Shown here: positions 55,735 to 64,000 of the stretch, piece by piece
How positions within the stretch are numbered: position 1 is the stretch's first letter
How the letters are laid out: every line of letters starts with the position of its first letter
From: Patescibacteria group bacterium
Lineage (GTDB): Bacteria > Patescibacteriota > Minisyncoccia > Phycocordibacterales > Phycocordibacteraceae
DNA: 64,000 nucleotides
Assembly: GCA_038064695.1 (NCBI GenBank)
Contig: JBBTSO010000001.1
Location: forward strand, 635 to 64,634
Direction: 5' to 3'
Made by a program: the position numbers and the translations under genes
The notes under the pieces: generated by a model
What the model saw: only the letters and a program-made list of their open reading frames with translations
Databases searched by the model: none
Told to the model about the DNA's origin: nothing

Positions 55735-57702
55735 GTGATGCACGATAACCTCAACCCTCAACAAAAAGCCGCTGTCCTGCACAAGGACGGCGCGCTTTTA
55801 ATTTTGGCGGGGGCAGGCGCCGGGAAAACACGCGTGGTGACACACCGCATCGCGGAGTTAATAAAAAGTGGCGTCGCGCCTGAAAAAATTCTTGCGGTAA
55901 CGTTCACCAACAAAGCGGCGGCGGAAATGCGTGAGCGCATTACTCACCTTATGAAAGAGTCGCTCGCGCTCTCGCCCTACGACACGCCACACACCACGCC
56001 GTTTATGAGCACGTTCCACGGGCTGGGACTTCACATACTAAAAACATTTAATGAAGTGGCGGGGCTTCCAAAACGTTTCACTATCTTTGACCGTGCTGAC
56101 TCAACGCGCGCCGCAAAAAAAGCCATTGAACAAGCAGGATTTGATCCAAAAGAATTAGAACCACGCCGCGTGCTTTCTATTATGGGCCGCGCGAAAGGCG
56201 ACGCGCTCAACGCGGAGGGATTTTTAAGTGAGCGCGCCTCGTCCTACATTGACGAAGCGGTGGCCGAAGTGTGGACGCACTACGACGCCATCCTAAAACA
56301 GGAAAAAGCATTGGACTTTGATGACATACTTTTAAAATCATACGAACTACTTCTTAAGAACGAAGTGCCCCGACACTTTTTCCAAGACGCGTGGAGTCAC
56401 ATCCACGTGGACGAGTATCAAGACACCAACCGCGTGCAGTACGAACTCGTGCGCATGCTCGCGGCAGGGCACGGCAACCTATGCGCCGTGGGAGACGCTG
56501 ACCAAAACATTTACAGCTGGCGTGGCGCGTCTATTTCGCACATTCTTGATTTTGAGAACGACTTCCCCGGCTCACAAACACTCCTCCTCACTCAAAATTA
56601 CCGTTCCACAAAAAATATTCTTCAGGTAGCAAACGATGCTATCGCCAAAAATATCCGGCGAAAAGAGAAAGAATTGTTCACCGATAATCCGGAAGGGGAA
56701 CTTATTTCGGTTTCGGGACACGTGGATGAAATTGCTGAAGCGCAGTTTGTAACGGGTGCCGCGCGGCACCTTATACAAAACGGTTCCTCTCCAAACGACA
56801 TCGCGGTTTTGTACCGCGCGAACTTTCAATCACGCGTACTGGAAGAGGCATTTTTAGGAAGCGGCATTCCGTACCAAGTATTGGGTACGCGATTTTTTGA
56901 ACGTAAAGAAATTAAAGATGTGCTCTCGTACGTGCGTCTCGCAGAGAACGGGGAGAGCGCCACAGACCTTTCGCGCGTTATGAATGTCCCCGCGCGCGGG
57001 ATTGGAAAAGTAACGCTTGCCAAAGTGGTAAATGGGGAGCGAGGGGATTTGTCTTCCGCTCAACAAAAAAAAGTTGCTGACTTTTTTACACTCATTGAAC
57101 GCATTGCGCAGCAGTTTCAATTTAAAAAAGTTTCAGAAGCAGTTGCGTACACTATTAAAGAGAGTGGGATGTGGGCACTCTATGAGGCGGGGAAGGGGGA
57201 AGACGAGGAGCGGTTGGAGAACTTGAAAGAGTTGGTGTCGGTTGCAACCAAGTACGACACACTCCCCACGGAAGAAGGCGTACAAAAATTGTTGGAAGAA
57301 GCCGCACTCCAGAGCGACCAGGATGAACTCATGCACGAAAAACGAGAGAAGAAGTTGGGAGTAAAACTTATGACCGTGCACGCGTCAAAAGGATTGGAAT
57401 ACGAAACGGTGTTCGTCACGGGACTTGAAGAAGGACTCTTTCCTCACGAGCGCGATGGCGTTGATGCTGACGACTCTGAAGAAGAGCGACGTCTCTTTTA
57501 CGTCGCGCTCACCCGCGCGCAAAAAAAAGTATTTCTCACGTACGCGCAAACGCGCCGCATTTTTGGTACGCGTTCACTCAACACTCCTTCAACATTTATT
57601 TCTGAACTTGACCCTGCGTTGACATTGGTGACGCTCCCCACCTACAGAGAATTTGACCGCCACCCGCGCGAATACTTGGATGATGACGATGTCATACAAT
57701 AA
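55735..57702 (+). CDS. UvrD/PcrA-type ATP-dependent DNA helicase
   Basis: Walker A AGAGAGKTRV, motif II DEYQDTN, full-length SF1 helicase (655 aa). Confidence 0.9.
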   Translation: MMHDNLNPQQKAAVLHKDGALLILAGAGAGKTRVVTHRIAELIKSGVAPEKILAVTFTNKAAAEMRERITHLMKESLALSPYDTPHTTPFMSTFHGLGLHILKTFNEVAGLPKRFTIFDRADSTRAAKKAIEQAGFDPKELEPRRVLSIMGRAKGDALNAEGFLSERASSYIDEAVAEVWTHYDAILKQEKALDFDDILLKSYELLLKNEVPRHFFQDAWSHIHVDEYQDTNRVQYELVRMLAAGHGNLCAVGDADQNIYSWRGASISHILDFENDFPGSQTLLLTQNYRSTKNILQVANDAIAKNIRRKEKELFTDNPEGELISVSGHVDEIAEAQFVTGAARHLIQNGSSPNDIAVLYRANFQSRVLEEAFLGSGIPYQVLGTRFFERKEIKDVLSYVRLAENGESATDLSRVMNVPARGIGKVTLAKVVNGERGDLSSAQQKKVADFFTLIERIAQQFQFKKVSEAVAYTIKESGMWALYEAGKGEDEERLENLKELVSVATKYDTLPTEEGVQKLLEEAALQSDQDELMHEKREKKLGVKLMTVHASKGLEYETVFVTGLEEGLFPHERDGVDADDSEEERRLFYVALTRAQKKVFLTYAQTRRIFGTRSLNTPSTFISELDPALTLVTLPTYREFDRHPREYLDDDDVIQ

Positions 57703-57708
57703 AAAATT

Positions 57709-58515
57709 ATGAAAACTCGCCCTCCCAAACTCGGACAACACCTGCTCACCTCACACGCTATCGCCGCTGCGGTGGTAGAAGCAGCGCGCGTTACCGCAAA
57801 CGATACGGTGCTTGAAGTGGGACCAGGGAAGGGAATGCTCACTAAGGAAATTTTAAAAACAGGCGCGCGAGTACTTGCGATAGAAAAAGATTCTGAAATG
57901 GTTCGCGTGCTTCAAGAAACTTTTGCAAAAGAAATCACATCAAAACAACTTGTTCTTATTGAAGACGACATCCGGACTTTTCTAACCACTAACAACTATC
58001 CACTAACAACTAGCTACAAAGTCGCCGCCAACATTCCGTACTACATTACCGGAGAAATAATTCGCCTTTTGTTGACCGCGCCACGCCAACCGTCTGACAT
58101 CGCGCTCTTGGTACAAAAAGAAGTTGCGGAGCGCATCGCCAAAAGTAAAAAGGAGAGTTTGCTTTCGCTTTCGGTGAAGGCGTATGGAACACCGCAGTAT
58201 GTGCGCACGGTGAAAGCGGGAAGTTTTAATCCTCCTCCGTCGGTTGACTCTGCTATTCTTGCAATTCACGACATTTCACGCGAGCACTTCAAAGAGGTGT
58301 CTGAAAAAACATTTTTTGAACTACTGCACCTCGGGTTTGGTCAAAAAAGAAAAACGCTTCTAGGAAATATAAAAAAGTGGCTAGTGGCTAGTGGGGGATC
58401 ACTAGCAGGAAACAAAACGTTAGAGGAGATTTTTGAAGAGGCGGGGATTGAAAAAAAGGTCCGCGCGGAAGATGTTTCTCTCCATCAGTGGTTATCGCTT
58501 ACAAAACTATTTTAA
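57709..58515 (+). CDS. rsmA: 16S rRNA (adenine1518/1519-N6)-dimethyltransferase
   Basis: VLEVGPGKGMLT SAM motif, NIPYYIT motif. Confidence 0.88.
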   Translation: MKTRPPKLGQHLLTSHAIAAAVVEAARVTANDTVLEVGPGKGMLTKEILKTGARVLAIEKDSEMVRVLQETFAKEITSKQLVLIEDDIRTFLTTNNYPLTTSYKVAANIPYYITGEIIRLLLTAPRQPSDIALLVQKEVAERIAKSKKESLLSLSVKAYGTPQYVRTVKAGSFNPPPSVDSAILAIHDISREHFKEVSEKTFFELLHLGFGQKRKTLLGNIKKWLVASGGSLAGNKTLEEIFEEAGIEKKVRAEDVSLHQWLSLTKLF

Positions 58516-58866
58516 ACTTGACCCAACACCAGGAAACGCGTCAATCATAAGACCGGGGACTCCATTACAGGTTCCTGGAATACTGCTCCCTAAGAGAAAT
58601 TGTCCTGGGTTTTTTGGTGGGCCGAAGAGATAGGTTTTTGAAAGTCCTGGCTTATATATAACTAAAAATAGTTTGGGAACACCCGCAACAAACCCGGTAA
58701 CCTTTACTGCGTACGCGGGAGAGCCGAGGCAGGGAATGACGGGAGAAGTGATAATGCCCCCAAAGGGAACTGTCGCGGCAAAAGAAATAAGAGGAAAGAG
58801 CGCCACCACAACGAAAAAAAGTAGCGCGGCGCCTGAAATGAATGTTTTTTTGAGAAACATACTCAC
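58507..58866 (-). CDS. hypothetical small exported Gly/Pro-rich protein
   Basis: Signal peptide MFLKKTFISGAALLFFVVVALFPLISFA. Confidence 0.4.
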   Translation of the reverse strand: MSMFLKKTFISGAALLFFVVVALFPLISFAATVPFGGIITSPVIPCLGSPAYAVKVTGFVAGVPKLFLVIYKPGLSKTYLFGPPKNPGQFLLGSSIPGTCNGVPGLMIDAFPGVGSSLK

Positions 58867-58923
58867 AGCTCTACCTTATCATATATATAGAAGGGTACTT
58901 TCAAACGCTATACTGGAAGCATA

Positions 58924-59832
58924 ATGCATAACCGAGAACACATCGGCATTCTGGTGCTTGCAACAGTGGTATCGCTTGGAGCTGTCGGCCTTGCACTGTT
59001 CACTTCGCAGAATGAAAAAAAATCTCTTTCGGGAAGCCCTTCTGTTCAAGCAGTGGCAAAGGCATCATCTCCCTCCGCAGCACAGAACGACACTGACCAG
59101 GACGGGCTCCCCAACTGGAAAGAAGTACTCCTAGGCACAAATCCAACCGTTGCCGATACCGACCAGGACGGTGTGTCTGACGCTGATGAAGTTGCGAAGG
59201 GGGCAGATCCTCTCGCCTTTGGCGCAGATCCCGTACTCAACGCTCCCTACGTTGCCCCCCGCGGACTTCCCACCACTGAAGCGCTCGCACGTGAACTCTT
59301 GAGTACGTACGCGGAATTAAAAGCTGGAGGAAACCTCAACGCGGAAGAAACTAATACTGCGCTTCTGTCACTCCTTGAGAGACGTCTTCAGGAACCAACC
59401 CTTCCTCCCACCTTTACCCGCTCACAACTCACCATAGAAAATGACGTCTCACTTGACGCCTACCAAGGCGCACTCACCAATGCGTTCAACGAAGCATCCC
59501 GTGTCCGCGAGTACGAACTCAATGTATTCGCGCGCGCCATTTCGGAAAACCGAAGCGCTGAGTTAGCGAAACTCAAAACTACCGCAGTTATATACGAATC
59601 AATTCGCGACACTCTCCTTGCAATTGAAGTGCCAGAGCGTGTCGCTGATGACCACCTCGCCGTGGTGAACTCACTCTCTTCTATTGAAACAGCGGTCGCG
59701 GGGCTTGCTTCGTGGGGGGGCGACCCACTTGATGCATTAGCGCTCGTCAACACCTTTAGCGAATCAGAGACAACGCTTCGCCTCACCCTCACCGACCTCT
59801 TCACCCGTTTAACCATACTTAAAAAATCATGA
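58924..59832 (+). CDS. membrane-anchored protein with two thrombospondin-type-3-like Ca-binding repeats
   Basis: TM IGILVLATVVSLGAVGLALF; DTDQDGLPNWKE and DTDQDGVSDADE (DxDxDG loops). Confidence 0.55.
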   Translation: MHNREHIGILVLATVVSLGAVGLALFTSQNEKKSLSGSPSVQAVAKASSPSAAQNDTDQDGLPNWKEVLLGTNPTVADTDQDGVSDADEVAKGADPLAFGADPVLNAPYVAPRGLPTTEALARELLSTYAELKAGGNLNAEETNTALLSLLERRLQEPTLPPTFTRSQLTIENDVSLDAYQGALTNAFNEASRVREYELNVFARAISENRSAELAKLKTTAVIYESIRDTLLAIEVPERVADDHLAVVNSLSSIETAVAGLASWGGDPLDALALVNTFSESETTLRLTLTDLFTRLTILKKS

Positions 59833-61436
59833 GACATTTCTTTTTTACATTGTCATTGTTCGCACTTCTAAGCACACCGTTATCGCCCGTGGTTGCGTTT
59901 GGCGGAGGTATTTTAGGGTGTGGCGCAGCGCAAGTGGGCGGGGCAGTCACTGGTGCAGTGCAGGACGCGGTCGCCACGGGCGCGGCGAGCGCGCTCGGAT
60001 TTTCAGTAAGTGGCGCCATTCCTGTTGACGTGCGCGGGTCAGTAAAACAAGACATTTCTACACTCAAAACCAAGGAGTGCGTGATGGACGGGCTTGCCAT
60101 AGCGCTTGCCGAAGGCATGATCGGCGCGCTCACACAAAACATTGTTGACTGGATAAACAGCGGGTTTGAAGGGTCGCCAGCTTTCGTGACTGATTTTCGT
60201 GGTTTTTTAGGCGACATTGCCGACCAAACTGCTTTGGACTTTCTAGAAGGAACCGAATTGGAGTTTATATGTAGTCCGTTTCAGTTGGAGGTACGCTTAG
60301 CACTTGCGGTTCAACGACAGCCATTCCAAGAACGCATTCGCTGTAGCTTAGGCGACGTTACTGACAACATTGAAGGGTTCTTGGGGGGAGATTTTTCACA
60401 AGGGGGATGGCCTGCATGGTTTAGACTCTACACTGAAATTCAGAACATCCCCTACGGATCGTACTTGCTAAGTGAAGCACAACTTCACACGGAAATTGAT
60501 TCTCGACAAGACGCGGGGCGATGGGAAGTGACGGTAGGTGGTGGATTATTTTCTAAAAAACGATGCAAGGCGGGGGCTGAACGAGTAGCAAAAACATATG
60601 TTGAGGGGTACGAGAGCGAAGCCGTAAGTGAACCAAGGTGTCTTGAATATGAAATTGTCACCCCTGGTACAGTATTCAATGAGCAGTTGAACAACGCGCT
60701 TGGCACCGGGCAACGCAAACTTGAATTGGCAGACGAATTTGACGAAGTTATTAACGCACTCTTGGCGCAACTTGCGCAACAGGCGCTGACATCTATTGAT
60801 GGGCTTCGCGGGCTATCCAGTCGTTCATCGTCAAGCGCCGGAACTATTCGGAACGCAAACGGTGAGGAAATACCTGCCTCCTACCTTGAAACATTAGTGA
60901 ATGAGTCAACTGACAACTCCATTAACCTCGCCCAAGACGCTCTCTTGACGGACATTGAGGTAGCTATTGAGAGCGAGGAGGATTACCAAAACGTTACTGA
61001 AGATTTAATCGACGGATTGGAGGAAATTGCTGACGACTATGGAAAGGTGTACGCATGCTACATGGATATTGTTCAAAACCCCGCAAGCTTCAGCACTATT
61101 TCGGGCACCACAGCGCTTGGATTAGCAAATGCTGCATCAACAACGGCGGCAACAAGTATCAAGCCTCGCCTGCAAGGGTTCCAAAATAATATAAACCTCT
61201 CTTTTGAAACCGTGGAGGCATTGGTGAAACTTCTCTCAACTGCACGCGCAGCAAAGACCGTGGATCAGTTGAACTTGGTTGCAGACGAGTACGACGCGCT
61301 CCTCGCATCCGGCATCATCCACACTGCAAACGATGTGGCAGTCGCTGAACTCGACCTCTTCGCGCAAAGTACGACACTTGCAGAACTTGAAGACACTCTC
61401 TCCGACCAAACGCTCGCGTGTCGCCGCACCAACTAA
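59829..61436 (+). CDS. hypothetical Sec-exported protein (535 aa)
   Basis: Signal peptide MRHFFFTLSLFALLSTPLSPVVAFG; 4-bp start/stop overlap with upstream gene. Confidence 0.55.
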   Translation: MRHFFFTLSLFALLSTPLSPVVAFGGGILGCGAAQVGGAVTGAVQDAVATGAASALGFSVSGAIPVDVRGSVKQDISTLKTKECVMDGLAIALAEGMIGALTQNIVDWINSGFEGSPAFVTDFRGFLGDIADQTALDFLEGTELEFICSPFQLEVRLALAVQRQPFQERIRCSLGDVTDNIEGFLGGDFSQGGWPAWFRLYTEIQNIPYGSYLLSEAQLHTEIDSRQDAGRWEVTVGGGLFSKKRCKAGAERVAKTYVEGYESEAVSEPRCLEYEIVTPGTVFNEQLNNALGTGQRKLELADEFDEVINALLAQLAQQALTSIDGLRGLSSRSSSSAGTIRNANGEEIPASYLETLVNESTDNSINLAQDALLTDIEVAIESEEDYQNVTEDLIDGLEEIADDYGKVYACYMDIVQNPASFSTISGTTALGLANAASTTAATSIKPRLQGFQNNINLSFETVEALVKLLSTARAAKTVDQLNLVADEYDALLASGIIHTANDVAVAELDLFAQSTTLAELEDTLSDQTLACRRTN

Positions 61437-61501
61437 CATATGTGCATTCATTCACACACAAAAATCACGCTACTATTGAGTAATGCATGTGACGTAACTA
61501 T

Positions 61502-63652
61502 ATGAGTGAACAAAAAGAAGGGGCGAAAGGGGCATGGGCGTTACGATTTGAGGCAGTAGGGAGATACGTGCTCCTCGCTGGGGCGCTTGTTCTTTTGTTA
61601 ACTGGTTTTTTGGGGTGTTTTAACTTTGACGCAACAAGTTGTTTGGGCGGAGCCGGCATCCGCATGCTTCAAGTGTCAGCTCTCGCAGTGGGAGTTGCGG
61701 GGGCCATGCTTGATTGGTCACTTGTTCGATACCTCCTCAATATGGGCGAGTTTTTAGGGCAAGGGGGCGGGTTTGGAAATGCAATAGCGGCTGCGTGGAC
61801 TATATTTCGCAACTTAATAAACCTGGTGTTTATTGCAGGTCTCGTGTGGGCGGCAATCAGTTTAATTTTGGGTAACGACGCCGGCGGACAAAAACCAGGG
61901 AAATTGGTGATTCAACTCATTATTGCTGCTCTTCTGGTAAATTTTAGTTACTTTTTTGCGGCAGTTATTATTGACGCTTCAAACTTTACCACCCGTGCTA
62001 TTTATCAAGAAGCATTTTATGGTGAGGTAGGAGTAAATTTTGCGCGAGGAACCGAGGCAGGACGTGAAAGGGACATAAACAAAGATGTTACCAGCTACTT
62101 AAAAAACGAGAAAATTTCTGACCGTTTTTTAGTCGCCACTAAACTTGGGTCAGTGAGTGCTATAGAGAATCTGCGCGAAGGGGACCGCGAGCTTGGATTT
62201 TCTATTCTTCTTATTGGGATTGTGGGGTCAGTTCTATTCCTCGTCACTGCGATGATCTTTTTTCAATTTGTCACGGTTATGGTTGGCCGATTTATTGTAA
62301 TTATTATTTTGCTTATCACATCCCCTGTGGGGATTCTTCGTCTTACCGGTCTGCCCGTAGTAAGTAATTGGGGGAAAGCATGGTGGGACGCACTCATCAG
62401 TCAAGCGGTGTTCCCGCCAGTGTTTGTTATACTCGTTGCCTCCTCTCTTGCCATCATCGAAGGAGGAGCAGCTCAGTTGCTTAAAGGCACGAATGGCACT
62501 ATTGTGGACTTTTTGCTTAACAACGCAAAGGGATTCAATAGTACTGACCCTACTTATGTAGCTGGCCAATTTGCACGTTTTTATGGTGCATTTGATCTCA
62601 TCCTCCTCTACGTTATCGCAGCGGGGCTCTTGTTTGCGTCGCTAAAAATTGCGATCAATATTGCGGAACAGGCTCCGGTTGCAATTCCTACCACGAAAGA
62701 TATTTATCAATTCCGCAAAGATCTCTACAAGCGGGCCGGCGCATTGGGCAAAGGGGCTGCCGATTTAATTGCAGCGCCAGGTAAACTTCCTCTCTCATAC
62801 AACCTTTTGGGTGGGCTCATCCGCTTTAAAATTGGGCCTCAGTATGACAAAGAGGGGCGCCCGTATAGAGACTTGGGTGACTATATTGCACAAGGACCTT
62901 CCCAACGAGCTGTCCCTTCAGACCCTGATTCAATGACCCCTGAGCAAAGAGCAGCCCATCGTCAAGCAGACTTCGCATATGAGGAGTATTCAAAAGCATT
63001 TAATAGGCTCATGGAAAAAATCGCGAGCGGAGCAAGCGAGGAAGAAATCGTTGCTGCTCGTCAAGAAACAGCGGAGCTCTTTGCCCGTATTCCTGATGAA
63101 AGTTACAAAACAGCAGAACGCAACAAAAAACGCAAATCACCAAAAGAACAAGAAGAGTTTGACAGAGTGGATTTGGAATCGAGGACTGTTCCTTCTCGTG
63201 CTCGAGCTACACTAAAAGCTGCTGAAAAAGAAGCCGCCCAAGAAAAACCAGCTCCGGCAGGGGGAGGCGGACAGAAGTCACAACCGCTACCAGGGAAACC
63301 AGCGGCTCCTGCAACTCCTACTCATAGTTTGTCTCCAGATGCGGTTGCCATTAGCAACTCTGTTGATCAGTTTAATTTGGAAGAGCGCCGCCGTGATAGG
63401 AAGGGCGACGAGGAGTTAGAGAAATTAAGAGTTGCGTTTGTGGATGCTCTCAAAACATACGGGCCGAAAGTTACGGTAACCGACATGGGAGGACTTGCGC
63501 GAAATACAAACATAACTCCTCAACAGTTTGACTTAATACGCGACGAAGTGCCTCAGACAGTTCGTGACGCATTTAATGCAAGCCCTGCGAGCGTTACCCG
63601 TCCATCAAAACCTAAACAGCAAGGCGGTGGGGATACTAACCCCGTCATATAA
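61502..63652 (+). CDS. 716-aa polytopic membrane protein with long hydrophilic Pro/Lys-rich C-terminal tail (TrbL/VirB6-like layout)
   Basis: About 8 predicted TM segments in first 400 aa; C-terminal 300 aa charged and Pro-rich (KPAPAGGGGQKSQPLPGKPAAPATP). Confidence 0.55.
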   Translation: MSEQKEGAKGAWALRFEAVGRYVLLAGALVLLLTGFLGCFNFDATSCLGGAGIRMLQVSALAVGVAGAMLDWSLVRYLLNMGEFLGQGGGFGNAIAAAWTIFRNLINLVFIAGLVWAAISLILGNDAGGQKPGKLVIQLIIAALLVNFSYFFAAVIIDASNFTTRAIYQEAFYGEVGVNFARGTEAGRERDINKDVTSYLKNEKISDRFLVATKLGSVSAIENLREGDRELGFSILLIGIVGSVLFLVTAMIFFQFVTVMVGRFIVIIILLITSPVGILRLTGLPVVSNWGKAWWDALISQAVFPPVFVILVASSLAIIEGGAAQLLKGTNGTIVDFLLNNAKGFNSTDPTYVAGQFARFYGAFDLILLYVIAAGLLFASLKIAINIAEQAPVAIPTTKDIYQFRKDLYKRAGALGKGAADLIAAPGKLPLSYNLLGGLIRFKIGPQYDKEGRPYRDLGDYIAQGPSQRAVPSDPDSMTPEQRAAHRQADFAYEEYSKAFNRLMEKIASGASEEEIVAARQETAELFARIPDESYKTAERNKKRKSPKEQEEFDRVDLESRTVPSRARATLKAAEKEAAQEKPAPAGGGGQKSQPLPGKPAAPATPTHSLSPDAVAISNSVDQFNLEERRRDRKGDEELEKLRVAFVDALKTYGPKVTVTDMGGLARNTNITPQQFDLIRDEVPQTVRDAFNASPASVTRPSKPKQQGGGDTNPVI

Positions 63653-63659
63653 TTTCTTT

Positions 63660-64000
63660 ATGATCACTATTCCAACAAACGAGGAGCTCCGCAACGCGTA
63701 TGAGAAAGCTCCAGAAATGGTACAGAAATATATTACCTCTGAAGGTTTAGCGGCAGCGTTTGAAGAAATTCGAATGTCTAACAAGCTACACCTTGACGAA
63801 GCAGGGAGGTTAAGTCAAGCATTAAACGCCGTATTTCTTGAACTGCGGACAATAACTACATTTCCAGAGCTTTTGCGCACTACGCTGGAGCAAAACAGCA
63901 ACACCTATGACGCGGTCTTAAAAGCAGTGAATGAGAAGATATTTGAACCGTTCCGTGCTTTGCTACAGCCAGCGCCAGACGTCGTGAAAGCGCCCGTAAC
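63660..64000 (+). CDS. hypothetical protein, 3'-truncated by window edge
   Basis: ATG at 63660 eight bp after previous stop; frame open to end of window (MITIPTNEELRNAYEKAPEMVQKYITSEGLAAAFEE...). Confidence 0.4.
   Translation, partial: MITIPTNEELRNAYEKAPEMVQKYITSEGLAAAFEEIRMSNKLHLDEAGRLSQALNAVFLELRTITTFPELLRTTLEQNSNTYDAVLKAVNEKIFEPFRALLQPAPDVVKAPV

Noticed and set aside
54154-57702. Gabija/Hachiman-like defence pair (unknown protein plus UvrD-like helicase)
   Set aside because: The 517-aa protein has no ATPase, TOPRIM or nuclease motif. The helicase is full-length PcrA/UvrD-like and sits with rsmA in a housekeeping context.

Overview
This 64-kb window looks like a small, streamlined bacterial chromosome segment of roughly 50% GC. 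Long N-terminal extensions on r-proteins, a short trigger factor, many tiny membrane proteins and a type IV pilus plus ComEC are Patescibacteria/CPR-like, but that placement is inference only. A fragmented ribosomal superoperon sits at the start of the window. A partial IS200/IS605-type HUH transposase is followed by rplB-rplW-rplD-rplC, truncated after rplB. A 1.1-kb insert separates rplC from rpsJ, and then tuf, fusA, rpsG and rpsL follow, with an extra leaderless ORF between fusA and tuf. Housekeeping genes follow: an M50 protease, RlmB-like and SAM methyltransferases, and rpmB. A DNA-uptake and DNA-processing block comes next, recJ-rnhA-comEC, with the ComEC metallo-beta-lactamase domain encoded as a separate gene and an Fe/Mn SOD wedged in between. 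Then come a HIT protein, pgk-tpiA, a type IV pilus operon with pilB, pilC, two pilins (one of 584 aa) and paralogous small membrane proteins, and nusA, ppa, comM/yifB, a DksA/TraR-like protein and an NYN protein. After rpsO, a Xer recombinase, xth and cca, there is a tRNA-rich region with Arg-TCG, Gly-GCC, Pro-TGG and Gly-TCC. That region also holds yraN, a TrmB regulator, a yhhQ preQ0 transporter and an S1 protease. The rest of the window carries hup, rny, clpP, tig, a LysM-M23 peptidase, an orphan 517-aa protein upstream of a UvrD/PcrA helicase, and rsmA. The window ends in a co-directional cluster of exported and membrane proteins that includes a 716-aa polytopic protein with a TrbL/VirB6-like layout. 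The most notable non-genic signals fall into four groups. First, near-consensus sigma70 promoters (TTGACA-N16/17-TATAAT) sit 6-9 nt from ATG codons, implying pervasive leaderless mRNAs. Second, about 48-bp imperfect direct repeats flank a small EF-hand gene cassette inserted into the rplC promoter region. Third, a GTTTCA-NN-TGAAAC palindrome family occurs five times around and inside yraN. Fourth, tRNA-end fragment copies, acceptor-stem mimic hairpins and a shared 13-nt loop motif lie next to tRNA-Pro and tRNA-Gly. No CRISPR array and no rRNA were seen.
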